Source: Clostridia bacterium
GTDB taxonomy: Bacteria > Bacillota > Clostridia > UBA1381 > UMGS1253
NCBI GenBank assembly: GCA_045652745.1
Contig: JAZRUW010000015.1
Span: 3,120 to 67,119 of the forward strand
DNA length: 64,000 bases
Direction: 5' to 3'
Below the pieces are notes generated by a model. It had not been told where the DNA came from, did no database searches, and saw nothing but the letters and a program-made list of their open reading frames with translations. Made by a program: the position numbers and the translations under genes. Positions 46,534-56,665 of this stretch are shown piece after piece; positions within the stretch are counted from its first letter, which is position 1, and each line of letters opens with the position of its first letter.

Positions 46534-47757
46534 ATGGAAAATAGTTCTGTTTTAAAAAAGCGTTGGCTGTATCTGGCGGTTGGTGTGTTTGCCATGCTGT
46601 TTTCAGGCGTGCTGTATGCATGGTCGATTTTAAAAGTACCTTTTAAAGAAGTCTTTGCGTGGACGGATGCGGCATTGGCGCTCAATTTCACGCTGACGAT
46701 GTGCTTTTTCTGTTTAAGTGCTTTTTTCGGCAGTCTGCTGTGCAAGCGTTTCGGGCCGAAACTTTCGCTGATTTTTGCCGGACTTTTGGTGGGCATCGGC
46801 TTTGTGCTCACGGGATTTTTGAGCGCAGACACGCTGTATCTGCTCTATATCGGTTATGCGGTTCTGTCCGGCAGCGGTATCGGCATTTCTTATAATGTAG
46901 TTGTGTCGACGGTCAATGCATGGTTTCCGGACAGAAAGGGACTTTGTTCCGGTGCGCTGATGATGGGCTTTGGCGTGAGTACGCTTCTGCTTGGGGAAGT
47001 TATCAGCAAACTGTTTGCAAACCCACAGGTCGGTTTCGGCAAAACCTATATTTATTTGGGCATTGTCATCGGTGCGGTGCTGATTTTAGCAGCTCTGATT
47101 TTAAAAAGACCGGGCACGGATGTTGTTTTGCCGCAAGTTGAGCAGGGGAAACGCACGGTAAATGAGGATTTTGAGGTGCGTGATTTTACAACGGCCGAGA
47201 TGCTGAAAAATTTCACGTTCTGGCGCGCGTTTGTGTGCATGATGTTTATGACGGCGGTGGGCAATTCCGTCATCAGTTTTGCGCGAGAATTAGTGATTTC
47301 TGTAGATGCCGCGCCGGCGTTGGCAACGACATTGGTCGGCGTGTTGTCTGTGTTCAACGGCATTGGCCGAATTGTGACCGGTGCGGTCTATGATGCGCTC
47401 GGGCGCAGAACTACAATGATTGCCGCCAATGTTTTAACGATTGCGGCGGCAGGGATAACGCTGGTTGCGGTATTTGCTGCATCGTTGCCGCTTTGCATTG
47501 TCGGACTTTGTTTGACGGGACTTTCCTATGGTTCCTGCCCGACGGTGACCTCGGCATTTTCGGCATCGTTTTATGGACAAAAATATTTTTCGACCAATTA
47601 CAGTATCACGAATTTCAACCTGATTTTCGCCGCGTTTATTGCCAATGCGAGCAATGCGTTGCTTGGTGCGACCGGCGGGTATGTCGCACCGTTTATCCTG
47701 TTGCTTTGTCTGGCGGTTGTAGCGCTTCTGCTCAATTTCAGTATTCGCAGACCGTGA
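46534..47757 (+). CDS. MFS transporter (oxalate/formate antiporter-like)
   Basis: ATG at 46534 follows GGAGAAGG. Twelve-TM profile with N-terminus RWLYLAVGVFAMLFSGVLYAWSILK. Confidence 0.7.
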   Translation: MENSSVLKKRWLYLAVGVFAMLFSGVLYAWSILKVPFKEVFAWTDAALALNFTLTMCFFCLSAFFGSLLCKRFGPKLSLIFAGLLVGIGFVLTGFLSADTLYLLYIGYAVLSGSGIGISYNVVVSTVNAWFPDRKGLCSGALMMGFGVSTLLLGEVISKLFANPQVGFGKTYIYLGIVIGAVLILAALILKRPGTDVVLPQVEQGKRTVNEDFEVRDFTTAEMLKNFTFWRAFVCMMFMTAVGNSVISFARELVISVDAAPALATTLVGVLSVFNGIGRIVTGAVYDALGRRTTMIAANVLTIAAAGITLVAVFAASLPLCIVGLCLTGLSYGSCPTVTSAFSASFYGQKYFSTNYSITNFNLIFAAFIANASNALLGATGGYVAPFILLLCLAVVALLLNFSIRRP

Positions 47758-47881
47758 TACAAATAAAACGGACACAGACGTGTCCGTTTTTATTTGTCGA
47801 AAATCAAATTTTTCCTTACATAAAAATTCCTTGTTTGCACAAAATACGATTGTACAACAAATCAAAAGGAGCAATCTTATC

Positions 47882-48424
47882 ATGAAAGCAACGGGAATTG
47901 TAAGAAGAATAGATGATTTGGGAAGAGTGGTTATCCCGAAAGAAATCCGACGTACGATGCGCATCCGCGAGGGAGACCCGTTGGAAATCTTTACCAACCG
48001 CGACGGCGAGGTGATTTTTAAAAAATATTCGCCCATCGGTGAACTTGGGGAGTTTGCCGGGCAATATGCCGAATCGCTGGCGAAAACGAGTAATCTGCCC
48101 GCCTGCATCACCGACCGTGATACCGTTATTGCTGTCAGCGGTGCGTCCAGAAAAGAGATTTTAGAAAAGCCGGTCAGCACAGAACTCGAGCGTTTGATGG
48201 GCAATAAGGCGACATATGCCAAAAAGGTGGGAGAAACGAAGCTTATTTCGCTCATTGAAGGCAATGACAAACATTATGCAAGTGTGGTTTGTCCGATTGT
48301 AGCCGACGGCGATTGTCTGGGCAGTGTGGTATTCTTTTCCGATGAAAAGGCGGTTTCAAGTGAGGCCGAGGAAAAACTGGCGCAGGTTGCGGCAAACTTT
48401 TTTGCAAGACACATGGAAAACTGA
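47882..48424 (+). CDS. spoVT: stage V sporulation protein T (AbrB-type regulator with GAF-like domain)
   Basis: MKATGIVRRIDDLGRVVIPKEIRRTMRIREGDPLEIF. Length 180 aa. Confidence 0.9.
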   Translation: MKATGIVRRIDDLGRVVIPKEIRRTMRIREGDPLEIFTNRDGEVIFKKYSPIGELGEFAGQYAESLAKTSNLPACITDRDTVIAVSGASRKEILEKPVSTELERLMGNKATYAKKVGETKLISLIEGNDKHYASVVCPIVADGDCLGSVVFFSDEKAVSSEAEEKLAQVAANFFARHMEN

Positions 48425-48499
48425 AAATATAAAAGTCAAAAGGCATCCGCAGGCCTACGGGCTGTGGATGCCTTTTTGTTTCCTTAGTTTAGTGACGCA

Positions 48500-48775
48500 T
48501 CAGTTCCGCCTGCAAAAGCATGCCCGCAAAAGCAGGAAGATGATAAGCAGGATGGCAAACAGTACTGCTGCCGCAATAATGAGCGGAAGCGATGCACTCA
48601 AAGCCTGCGCAAAAACGATACCGAAAATGAGGCCGAGTGCAACGGCAAAGAGCGCTGCCAAAAGCGCCAGCACGATGGTGTAGCCGCAACCGCAGCCGAT
48701 GAGACTTCTTGCACTGCAACCGCAGGTGCGTGTTTCTTCGCGTGCGCAGGTTGTTTCGCTGTCAGAGATATACAT
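48500..48775 (-). CDS. small Cys-rich membrane protein, unknown function
   Basis: Strong RBS GGAGGTGG. N-terminal Cys cluster (C..CGC...GCGCG) followed by two hydrophobic helices. Confidence 0.5.
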   Translation of the reverse strand: MYISDSETTCAREETRTCGCSARSLIGCGCGYTIVLALLAALFAVALGLIFGIVFAQALSASLPLIIAAAVLFAILLIIFLLLRACFCRRN

Positions 48776-48832
48776 ATTTCCACCTCCTTCGCGTTTTCTT
48801 ACTTTATATTATGAAGAAGGACGAAAAAGGGT

Positions 48833-48864
48833 GAAAAAAGACGGTACGAAACTCGTACCGTCTT
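48833..48864 (-). terminator. intrinsic terminator of secG
   Basis: AAGACGGTACGA/CGTACCGTCTT hairpin plus a T-run on the minus strand. Confidence 0.8.
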
Positions 48865-48880
48865 GGGCATTCAATTTGAA

Positions 48881-49237
48881 TTATTCTGCAACCGGAGCTT
48901 CTGCTTCCGGTTCAACTTCTGTCTGCATCATTTCCATCAATGCATCCATGTTTACGTCCGAAGCGTCATTATTGGTCTTCGGTGCGCTCGTCATGGTCAT
49001 AACGATAACGGAAAGTGCAATGCTGGTTGCAAGGAAGATTACAGCGAATGCTGCGGTCCACTTACGCAGAACTGCATCGATGGTCTTGCCCTTGTTTTTA
49101 CCGAAGAAAGTTTCGGCGCCGCCTGCAATTGTGCCGGACAAACCTGCGGATTTACCGGACTGCATCAAAACAACCACGATAAGTACCAAAGAAGCGATGA
49201 TGTGAAGTACCATAACTATATTTCTAGCGATTTCCAT
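48881..49237 (-). CDS. secG: preprotein translocase subunit SecG (with acidic C-terminal extension)
   Basis: ATG at 49237 follows GGAGG. Motif VVVLMQSGKSAGLSGTIAGGAETFFGK is present. Confidence 0.8.
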   Translation of the reverse strand: MEIARNIVMVLHIIASLVLIVVVLMQSGKSAGLSGTIAGGAETFFGKNKGKTIDAVLRKWTAAFAVIFLATSIALSVIVMTMTSAPKTNNDASDVNMDALMEMMQTEVEPEAEAPVAE

Positions 49238-49392
49238 TGAAATTAACCTCCTAAAATTAAACATACAGTTTTCAAATATAGTACCTAATAAGTATACCAC
49301 ACTTTTCACGTTTTGCAAGTCTTTTTTGAATTTTTGCCAAAAAAGTATAGGCTAGAACAGTTTTTTGTGTTATACTAACTTTAGGTGATAAT

Positions 49393-50667
49393 ATGTTTGA
49401 AAATGAAGAAAAGAAAGAGCGTGTCATTTTAGCCGGTGTGCACATCGGTAGTTTAGATGTACTCGAAGATACAACCGAAGAATCGATTGCCGAGCTTGCA
49501 GAGCTTGCTGCGACAGCCGGCGCGGAAGTGGCAGGAGTGCTCGTGCAAAACCGACCTGCGCCCGATAATGCCACCTACTTGGGCGAAGGCAAGATTGACG
49601 AATTAAAGGCGGCGGCTGCCGAACTTGGTGCGCAGACGGTGGTTTTCGATGACGAACTTTCGCCGGTGCAGGTGAGAAACATTTCCGATGCAACCGAATT
49701 GAAAGTCCTCGACCGTACGGCGCTGATTTTAGATATTTTTGCCGCAAGAGCCAAAACCAAAGAAGGTAAGATTCAGGTGGAACTGGCACAGCTTAAGTAT
49801 ATGTTGCCAAGGTTGACGGGTATGGGCAGTGCGTTGTCGCGTTTGGGCGGCGGTATTGGTACGCGCGGCCCGGGTGAAACCAAACTGGAAACAGACCGCC
49901 GTCACATCCGCCGCAGAATTGAGTATTTGTCGGATGAACTTGCCGAAATTCAGAAGCACCGCGATTTACTGCGCAGTCGAAGAAAAAAGGACGGACAGAC
50001 CGTAGCGGCTATTGTGGGATATACCAATGCAGGCAAGTCTACATTGTTAAATCTTTTGACGGATGCCGACGTTTTGGCGGAAAACAAATTGTTTGCTACG
50101 CTGGACCCGACACAGAGAAATCTGACCTTGTCGGATAACCGTGAACTTTTGATGGTGGATACGGTCGGCTTTATACGCAAACTGCCGCATCATTTGGTCA
50201 AAGCGTTTAAATCCACGCTGGAAGAAGCGGCGCTTGCCGATGTACTTGTGCATGTGATTGATGCATCCAATCCGGAGTTTCGCCGTCATATTGAAGTTGT
50301 AAATATGATTTTATCCGAGCTTAAAGCCACGGGTAAGCCGACCTTGGCGGTGCTCAATAAAACGGATTTATGCACGGAACCGGAAAGTTTGCCGGCGGCG
50401 GTAGACGGCGCGGATAAAACCGTATTTATCAGCGCAAAGACGGGCGCCGGGATGGATAAATTCAGAGAGGTTTTGGAAGATATTGTACCCGGCAAGAAGC
50501 AGAAAGCGGTATTTCTTATTCCGTATAGCGAAGGCGCACTTTTGCCGATGCTGCATACCGATCAGATGGTGCTTTCGGAGGAATATACCGAAAACGGTAC
50601 GCGTATTGAGGCGTTGGTGGATGAAATCTGCTATGCTAAACTTCGAAATTATGTATTGAGGGATTAA
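49393..50667 (+). CDS. hflX: GTPase HflX
   Basis: GGGIGTRGPGETKLE, G1 motif GYTNAGKSTLLN, DTVGF and NKTD are present. Confidence 0.9.
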   Translation: MFENEEKKERVILAGVHIGSLDVLEDTTEESIAELAELAATAGAEVAGVLVQNRPAPDNATYLGEGKIDELKAAAAELGAQTVVFDDELSPVQVRNISDATELKVLDRTALILDIFAARAKTKEGKIQVELAQLKYMLPRLTGMGSALSRLGGGIGTRGPGETKLETDRRHIRRRIEYLSDELAEIQKHRDLLRSRRKKDGQTVAAIVGYTNAGKSTLLNLLTDADVLAENKLFATLDPTQRNLTLSDNRELLMVDTVGFIRKLPHHLVKAFKSTLEEAALADVLVHVIDASNPEFRRHIEVVNMILSELKATGKPTLAVLNKTDLCTEPESLPAAVDGADKTVFISAKTGAGMDKFREVLEDIVPGKKQKAVFLIPYSEGALLPMLHTDQMVLSEEYTENGTRIEALVDEICYAKLRNYVLRD

Positions 50668-50668
50668 G

Positions 50669-51292
50669 ATGAAAACTGAGTATAAAACCATTCGCAGCCG
50701 TGCAAGCGCGGAAATGATAGAGCGGCGTTCCCGTTTTATCGCCCACGTTTTGCCGGTGCAGACGGAGCAGGAGGCGCTTGCTTTTATTAATGCGCTACGC
50801 AGCGAATACTACGATGCGACACACAATGTGTACGCCTATATTATTGATGACAATAACATTTGCCGTTACAGCGATGACGGTGAGCCGTCCGGAACGGCAG
50901 GCATACCTGTTCTGGATGTGCTTCGCAAGGAAAATCTGACGAACCTGTGCGTTGTGGTAACGCGCTATTTCGGCGGCGTTTTGCTTGGCGGCGGCGGTCT
51001 GGTGCGTGCATACGGCGCGAGTGCAAAACTTGGCGTAGATGCCGGTGGCATTATCACGCGTGTGCTTTGCGATGTAGTTGAGGTCAGTTGTGACTATACA
51101 CTTCTGGGGAAACTTCGCTACGAGGCGGAATCGCGCGGACATACCATAAAAGACATTACCTATACGGATAAAGCGCAGATGTATGTGTATACGAAAACGG
51201 AGCAAACAGATGCCTTCTTAAAGGCGATGTGTGAGGCATCCAACGGGCGCGCGGTATGCAACATCGTAGAGCGGGATTATCTGGATTTATAA
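50669..51292 (+). CDS. yigZ: YigZ/IMPACT-family protein
   Basis: Motifs RSRFIAHV, ATHNVYAY and DDGEPSGTAGIP are present. Confidence 0.85.
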   Translation: MKTEYKTIRSRASAEMIERRSRFIAHVLPVQTEQEALAFINALRSEYYDATHNVYAYIIDDNNICRYSDDGEPSGTAGIPVLDVLRKENLTNLCVVVTRYFGGVLLGGGGLVRAYGASAKLGVDAGGIITRVLCDVVEVSCDYTLLGKLRYEAESRGHTIKDITYTDKAQMYVYTKTEQTDAFLKAMCEASNGRAVCNIVERDYLDL

Positions 51293-51335
51293 AAATCGGT
51301 ATTTTTGAATATAGTAAGTATAAGGAGGGCTACGT

Positions 51336-51656
51336 ATGGCAACAATTCATTTTGACACACAGAGTTTTCAGGAGGCGCTTGCTTCCGGAAAGCCGGTTTT
51401 AGCAGACTTTTTTGCAACGTGGTGCGGACCGTGCAAGATGATGGGACCGATTGTGGATGAACTTGCGGATTTGTTTGACGGCAAGGCCATTGTGGGCAAA
51501 ATTGATGTTGACGAGTGTATGGAACTTGCAGAGGAGTATGAAATTACAACCGTGCCGACTTTTATGTTTTTTAAACACGGTGAACTCGTACATCGGTTTT
51601 CCGGTATCAGTTCGGCGGCAGATTTGGAAGCCATGTTAAATCAACTATGCGAATAA
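51336..51656 (+). CDS. trxA: thioredoxin
   Basis: WCGPCK active site. 106 aa. RBS AAGGAGGG. Confidence 0.95.
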   Translation: MATIHFDTQSFQEALASGKPVLADFFATWCGPCKMMGPIVDELADLFDGKAIVGKIDVDECMELAEEYEITTVPTFMFFKHGELVHRFSGISSAADLEAMLNQLCE

Positions 51657-51690
51657 TAAAAAATCCGAGGAAATTTCCTCGGATTTTTTA
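51657..51690. terminator. bidirectional terminator
   Basis: AAAAATCCGAGGAAA/TTTCCTCGGATTTTT. Confidence 0.85.
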
Positions 51691-52173
51691 TTACATAGAA
51701 ATGTTGATGTAGTTTGCAAGCGGTTTGCATTTTGCACGAACGAATTTTTGCTCTTCGGCCGGTACTTCCGGATTTAAGCAACGGTAGATTTTTCCGTCCT
51801 CAGCAATTTTGTCACCGAAAATTCTGTCCTGTGCACCGTCTTGGTAGGTTAAAATGATTTCAAATTCCGGCACAAAATCTTCCGACGGCAACTTGCTTAC
51901 ATTACGGCGTCTGGTGCAGTTGTCTAAGATATAATAGGCGGTATACATATCCGCTTTGCCCGGAAAGGAAACCGATTGGCTCAAATCCGGGGCGCCCAGT
52001 TCCAGTTCTTCGGCAGAAGGTTTGCCTGCCGGATTTTTCGTAATGGTTACATCGACTACATTTTCCATAGGTTGGGAAAGCATCGGGTCTGCCTCGAAAA
52101 TCAGACAGAGGGCGACAATCAAAACAATAACAGCCAGCGCAACACCTGCGCCGATTAAAATTTTCTTTTTCAT
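51691..52173 (-). CDS. membrane-anchored hypothetical protein
   Basis: RBS AGGAGAG. N-terminal TM anchor (KKKILIGAGVALAVIVLIVALCLIF) followed by a soluble domain with no motif I can name. Confidence 0.5.
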   Translation of the reverse strand: MKKKILIGAGVALAVIVLIVALCLIFEADPMLSQPMENVVDVTITKNPAGKPSAEELELGAPDLSQSVSFPGKADMYTAYYILDNCTRRRNVSKLPSEDFVPEFEIILTYQDGAQDRIFGDKIAEDGKIYRCLNPEVPAEEQKFVRAKCKPLANYINISM

Positions 52174-52243
52174 ATGTATCTCTCCTAAAATGTACTGATT
52201 TAACTATACAGGAATTCTACGAAAAAGTCAAGGACACTGTTTT

Positions 52244-53101
52244 TTATTTTTGATTAAATTCATTTCTGCGTTCTGTCGAAATACGCATCATACTGCGCAT
52301 TTCCTCGCGGTCGTTGTTTTTAACGCAGTTGTAGAGTTTATCGAAAGTGTTTCTGTATTTTTCCATCTCTTTTAAGAGTGCGTCGCGGTTGGACAGGAAA
52401 AGCTCGCTCCACATTTCGTCGTTGATACGTGCAATTCTCGTTAAGTCGCGGAACGAGTCGCCCGTATAGAGCACAAGGCCGGGGTTATCGTTTGCGCACA
52501 TTAAAGATACAGCGATACAGTGCGTAAGCTGGGACAGAAAGGCAATCATTTCATCATGCTTTTCCGGATTCAAAACCGAAATACGTGCAAAGCCTAAAAT
52601 TTCACCGAGCTGTTTGCACAGTTCAATCGCACCGAATGTGTTCTTTTCGGTAGGTACAACAATGTAGTTTGCGCCTTGGAAAATCTTGTCATCGCTGTTT
52701 TGCACACCGCTGACCTCGCGCCCTGCCATCGGGTGCGCCGAGATAAATTCCACACCCGGTTTGAGCAGATTTTGGATTTCGTGAACGATACAACCTTTCA
52801 CACCGGTGACATCGGTAATCACAGTACCTTCTTTAATCAAATCACCATAGGTCTTTATCCAATCGGCAAAGGTGTGCGGATACAGCGCAAATACAATGAT
52901 GTCAGCCGTCTGTATGAGGCTTTTATCTGCAGAAGTACTGCCTTGGTCAATTAAGTTGTTTTCGAGTGCATAATCAATGTCTTCTTGGTTTTTGGTGATT
53001 GCGGTTACGAAAAACCCTTTCTTCTTCAGTGCCATCGCATAGCAACCGCCCAAAAGACCTAAACCGACAATTAAAAATTTTTTAGATGCATCTATTTTCA
53101 T
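52244..53101 (-). CDS. tyrA: prephenate dehydrogenase
   Basis: Rossmann motif IVGLGLLGG and the HPMAG motif, in aro operon context. Confidence 0.85.
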   Translation of the reverse strand: MKIDASKKFLIVGLGLLGGCYAMALKKKGFFVTAITKNQEDIDYALENNLIDQGSTSADKSLIQTADIIVFALYPHTFADWIKTYGDLIKEGTVITDVTGVKGCIVHEIQNLLKPGVEFISAHPMAGREVSGVQNSDDKIFQGANYIVVPTEKNTFGAIELCKQLGEILGFARISVLNPEKHDEMIAFLSQLTHCIAVSLMCANDNPGLVLYTGDSFRDLTRIARINDEMWSELFLSNRDALLKEMEKYRNTFDKLYNCVKNNDREEMRSMMRISTERRNEFNQK

Positions 53102-53105
53102 GGTG

Positions 53106-54311
53106 TCACTCCTGTTTTTGCATTTTTATACCCAGTTTTTCGATTGTTTCAAAAAAGTCGGGATAGCTTTTTGCTACGGCTTGGGCGCCTTCGATTTCGC
53201 CGCCGGTGACGGTGCACAAAAGTGCGAGTGCCATAACAATACGATGGTCGTTGTGTCCGTTCAAGGTTGTCTGCGGTGTTTGCAGTTTACCGTGATGAAT
53301 GGTTACGGCATTGTCTTCAACGGTGGTCTTTATGCCGAATTTTAAAAGTTCCTCCGCCATCGCCGTTGCACGATCGCTTTCCTTGATTTTCAGCCGTGCC
53401 GTACCCGTAAATTTCGCGCCGCCGCAATAGGCGGCCATAGCAAACAATACCGGTGCAAGGTCGGGACAATCGGAAAGGTCAAAACTTTTTTTGCCGTCTG
53501 CAAGAGCATGGAATATATCAGCATAAACACGGTCGCCCTGCAGGCTGTCTTTGTTTAGACCGCGCACCTTTACCGTACCGCCAAGAAGGTTAAAGCCTTC
53601 TAAGAATGCGGCGTTGGAGCAATCGCCTTCGACGCATGCTGCAGCATTTTTGTAGGCTTGCTTGCCGCGGACGTAAAACACGTTGTCTTTGCGCTGTATG
53701 TCTATGCCAAAGGTGTTTAAGGCGGACAGCGTCAGGTCAATATAGGATGCGCTTTCAAATTTGCCCGTTACGGTCAGCGTGCTGTCACCGGAAAGCAACG
53801 GCAGGACAAACAGAAGACCCGTAATAAACTGACTTGAAATGTTGCCGGGAACGGTGTAATTGCCCGGTTTTAATTTGCCGCAAACCGTAACGCCGGTTTC
53901 GCTTTTTTCAAACAATATCCCTTGGTCTTTGCAGATTTGCTTATAGACCGACAGCGGTCTTTCGAAAAGCCTTGCGCTGCCTGTCAGTGTTATTTTTTTG
54001 ACTGCAAACAGACAGAGGGGGAGTAAAAATCTTAAAGTTGAGCCGCTTTCATCGCAAAATAAAGTTGTATTTGCAGGGATGTTTTCCGGCTGCAAACCGC
54101 CGATTTTTGCGGTTGCCCCGTCAAAGCAAGCTGTTGCGCCCAGAGCCTGCAAGCAGGCAATGGTCGCCGAAATATCTTTGGATGCGGCCAAGTTTTCAAT
54201 GCGGCTTTCACCGCTCAGTGCACCGCAGATGAGCATGCGGTGCGCTATGCTTTTGGACGGTGGCGCATCAGCGTATCCTTTGGCTATTGATTTATGGATA
54301 ATGACTTTCAT
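53106..54311 (-). CDS. aroA: 3-phosphoshikimate 1-carboxyvinyltransferase (EPSP synthase)
   Basis: PPSKSIAHR, ESGSTLRF and DHRIVMALA motifs are present. Confidence 0.9.
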   Translation of the reverse strand: MKVIIHKSIAKGYADAPPSKSIAHRMLICGALSGESRIENLAASKDISATIACLQALGATACFDGATAKIGGLQPENIPANTTLFCDESGSTLRFLLPLCLFAVKKITLTGSARLFERPLSVYKQICKDQGILFEKSETGVTVCGKLKPGNYTVPGNISSQFITGLLFVLPLLSGDSTLTVTGKFESASYIDLTLSALNTFGIDIQRKDNVFYVRGKQAYKNAAACVEGDCSNAAFLEGFNLLGGTVKVRGLNKDSLQGDRVYADIFHALADGKKSFDLSDCPDLAPVLFAMAAYCGGAKFTGTARLKIKESDRATAMAEELLKFGIKTTVEDNAVTIHHGKLQTPQTTLNGHNDHRIVMALALLCTVTGGEIEGAQAVAKSYPDFFETIEKLGIKMQKQE

Positions 54312-54326
54312 TTGGTTTCACCGCAC

Positions 54327-55415
54327 TTAAATATGTATTTCTTTTTCAAAAGTGCCGACCACTTTCAAGTGGGCACAGCAGGTTTTCAATTCCTCAAGCA
54401 TGGCTTTGCCGTACGGGCTGTTAATGCTGCCTTCGCCCTCAACAAAGAAAAAGTAGTCCCAGACAAGTTCTTTTGTAGGGCGGCTTTTAAGTGCACGCAG
54501 GTTAAAGCCGTGACGGCCGATGACGGAAATCGCATTGCCAAGTGCACCGGCCGAATTTTTTACGGTAAAGAGCATAATAAATCTTTCGTCCGTCGGCATA
54601 CTTGCGCGGCTTGACCGTGAAAATACCGCAAATCTTGTTGTATTGGTATTGCTGTCGTTGATGTGCGAGGCCAATACGGTCAGGCCGAATTTTTGTGCAG
54701 CTTCTTCGCTTGCAATCGCTGCTATGCTTTTATCTGCAGTCTTTGCCACTGTTTTAGCGGCACCTGCCGTATTGACTGCATCCTCCGTGTCAAAGCCGTG
54801 TTGGCGGATGTAGGCGGCACATTGGCCGAGCGCCTGCGGATGGCTGACCACCTTTTTCACATCTTCGAGCGTAGCACCCGGCACACCTAAAAGGTTTTGC
54901 ACAATTTGGGCTTCGTAAACGCCGTTTATGTAAAGCGAACCGAAAAAGGCCAGGTCAAGCACATTGCCCACGTCGCCGTTGTGGCTGTTTTCTATCGGTA
55001 AAACCACACAATCGCAGTCTCCGTTTTCGCAGGCTTTGTAGGCGGCTTTGAAGTCGGCATAGGGCAGACAAATGGCATCCGGGAAAATCCTTTGCGCTAC
55101 GATGCCTGCAAATGCGCCTTCCACGCCGGCAAAGCCGACGCGCATGCCCTCTAAAAGCTTGTGCTGCATATCTTTAGACAACTTGATATTATTTTTCAGG
55201 AAGTTCACGTAGTAACTTTTATATTCTTCATTTTCGATAAGTTCGGCATTTTTTTGCAGAATTTCGGTTTCTCTGCCGAAATCATCTATCGGAATGCCGT
55301 TTGCCTTTTTGTAGGCCGTAACCAGCTTGACTGCATCCATTCGTTTTTCAAATAACGCTGCCATCTCGCGGTCAACTTCATTTATAGTTTTTCTTGCTTG
55401 TTCAAGTTCGTTCAT
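54327..55415 (-). CDS. pheA: bifunctional chorismate mutase / prephenate dehydratase
   Basis: N-terminal CM helix segment (INEVDREMAALFEKRM). PDT domain (ENSHNGDV, TRFAVF). C-terminal ACT domain (GALGNAISVIGRHGFNL). Confidence 0.85.
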   Translation of the reverse strand: MNELEQARKTINEVDREMAALFEKRMDAVKLVTAYKKANGIPIDDFGRETEILQKNAELIENEEYKSYYVNFLKNNIKLSKDMQHKLLEGMRVGFAGVEGAFAGIVAQRIFPDAICLPYADFKAAYKACENGDCDCVVLPIENSHNGDVGNVLDLAFFGSLYINGVYEAQIVQNLLGVPGATLEDVKKVVSHPQALGQCAAYIRQHGFDTEDAVNTAGAAKTVAKTADKSIAAIASEEAAQKFGLTVLASHINDSNTNTTRFAVFSRSSRASMPTDERFIMLFTVKNSAGALGNAISVIGRHGFNLRALKSRPTKELVWDYFFFVEGEGSINSPYGKAMLEELKTCCAHLKVVGTFEKEIHI

Positions 55416-55433
55416 GTTTCTGCTCCTCTCGGG

Positions 55434-56462
55434 TTACAGTTTTTCTGCGATTTCGTAAATGAGATTTTCGGTCTTTTCCCAGCCGAGACATGGATCGGTG
55501 ATGGATTTGCCGAATACGTGTTCACCGACACTTTGTGCGCCGTCTTCCAGATAACTTTCAATCATCAGTCCTTTAACAAGTCGTTTGATATCGCCGTTCT
55601 GGTTACGGCTGTGGACGATATCTTTTGCTATACGAATTTGTTCTAGATATTTTTTGCCGGAGTTATTGTGGTTTGTGTCTACAATAACGGACGGATTTGT
55701 AAGCTTGGATTGTTCGTAAAGTTCTTTGACGCGCAGAAGGTCTTCGTAGTGATAGTTCGAGCAGTTGCGTCCCGCGTAGTCGATATAGCCGCGCAAAATA
55801 GCATGCGCATAAGGATTGCCGTCGCTGGTGACCTCCCAGCCGCGATAGAGGAAGGTATGGCTGCTTTGAGCGGCAACGATGGAATTCATCATCACGCTTA
55901 AATCGCCGCTTGTAGGATTTTTCATACCGACCGGAGCTTCGATACCGCTGGCAGTGAGGCGATGCTGTTGATTTTCCACGGAGCGCGCACCGATGGCTAC
56001 ATAGGACAAAAGGTCGGAAAGATAGCGATAGTTTTCCGGATAAAGCATTTCATCGGCACAGGTGAAACTGTAATCGCGCAGTGCCGTAAGATGCAGGTCG
56101 CGGATGGCAACGATACCTTTGTACATGTCCGGCTTTGCATCCGGATCGGGCTGGTGAAGCATACCTTTATAGCCCTGACCGGTTGTGCGCGGTTTATTGG
56201 TGTAAATTCTGGGAATCATGATGATTTTATCCGATACACGGTCTGCCACCTTGCGCAAGCGGGAAAGGTATTCCAAAACAGGCTCTCGGTGGTCAGCCGA
56301 GCATGGGCCGATGATTAAAATGAATTTATCATCGGTGCCGTCAAAGATGGCCTTGATTTTTGCATCGCGCTCAGTTTTCGTATTGACCATGCACTCTGTA
56401 AGCGAATATTCTTTTTTTACCTCCTGCGGAATGGGGAGTTTTCTGTGGAATGTCATTGCCAT
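55434..56462 (-). CDS. aroG: 3-deoxy-7-phosphoheptulonate (DAHP) synthase
   Basis: 342 aa. IIGPCS, KPRT and DTNHNNSGK-type motifs are present. First gene of the aro operon. Confidence 0.85.
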   Translation of the reverse strand: MAMTFHRKLPIPQEVKKEYSLTECMVNTKTERDAKIKAIFDGTDDKFILIIGPCSADHREPVLEYLSRLRKVADRVSDKIIMIPRIYTNKPRTTGQGYKGMLHQPDPDAKPDMYKGIVAIRDLHLTALRDYSFTCADEMLYPENYRYLSDLLSYVAIGARSVENQQHRLTASGIEAPVGMKNPTSGDLSVMMNSIVAAQSSHTFLYRGWEVTSDGNPYAHAILRGYIDYAGRNCSNYHYEDLLRVKELYEQSKLTNPSVIVDTNHNNSGKKYLEQIRIAKDIVHSRNQNGDIKRLVKGLMIESYLEDGAQSVGEHVFGKSITDPCLGWEKTENLIYEIAEKL

Positions 56463-56483
56463 TTAGATTACCTCTGCTTTCTA

Positions 56484-56546
56484 AAATAAAAAATCCGCAT
56501 TATTTATGCCAAAAGCATAACGAATGCGGACTGTCCGTTGCGGAAC
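56484..56546 (-). terminator. leader attenuator: intrinsic terminator with overlapping alternative pairings
   Basis: In the minus-strand RNA, GUUCCG-CAA-CGGAC-A-GUCCGCAUU..(inner hairpin)..AAUGCGGA is followed by UUUUUUAUUUU. CGGAC can pair with either the upstream UCCG or the downstream GUCCG, which is the 5' arm of the terminator. Confidence 0.7.
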
Positions 56547-56564
56547 ATGGTGTATATACACCGT

Positions 56565-56630
56565 TTAATTCGCGAGAGACGGGCAGCCCTGGACAAAGTA
56601 ATAAAAGAAATAAAAATACTTTTTCAACAT
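56565..56630 (-). CDS. aromatic-rich leader peptide MLKKYFYFFYYFVQGCPSLAN (21 aa)
   Basis: ATG at 56630 lies 10 nt after GGGAGG. Codons 5-12 are eight consecutive Tyr/Phe codons. It sits between the promoter and the leader terminator of the aromatic amino-acid operon. Confidence 0.6.
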   Translation of the reverse strand: MLKKYFYFFYYFVQGCPSLAN

Positions 56631-56665
56631 TATGACTGCGCCTCCCATTTGATTTATTACTGCAT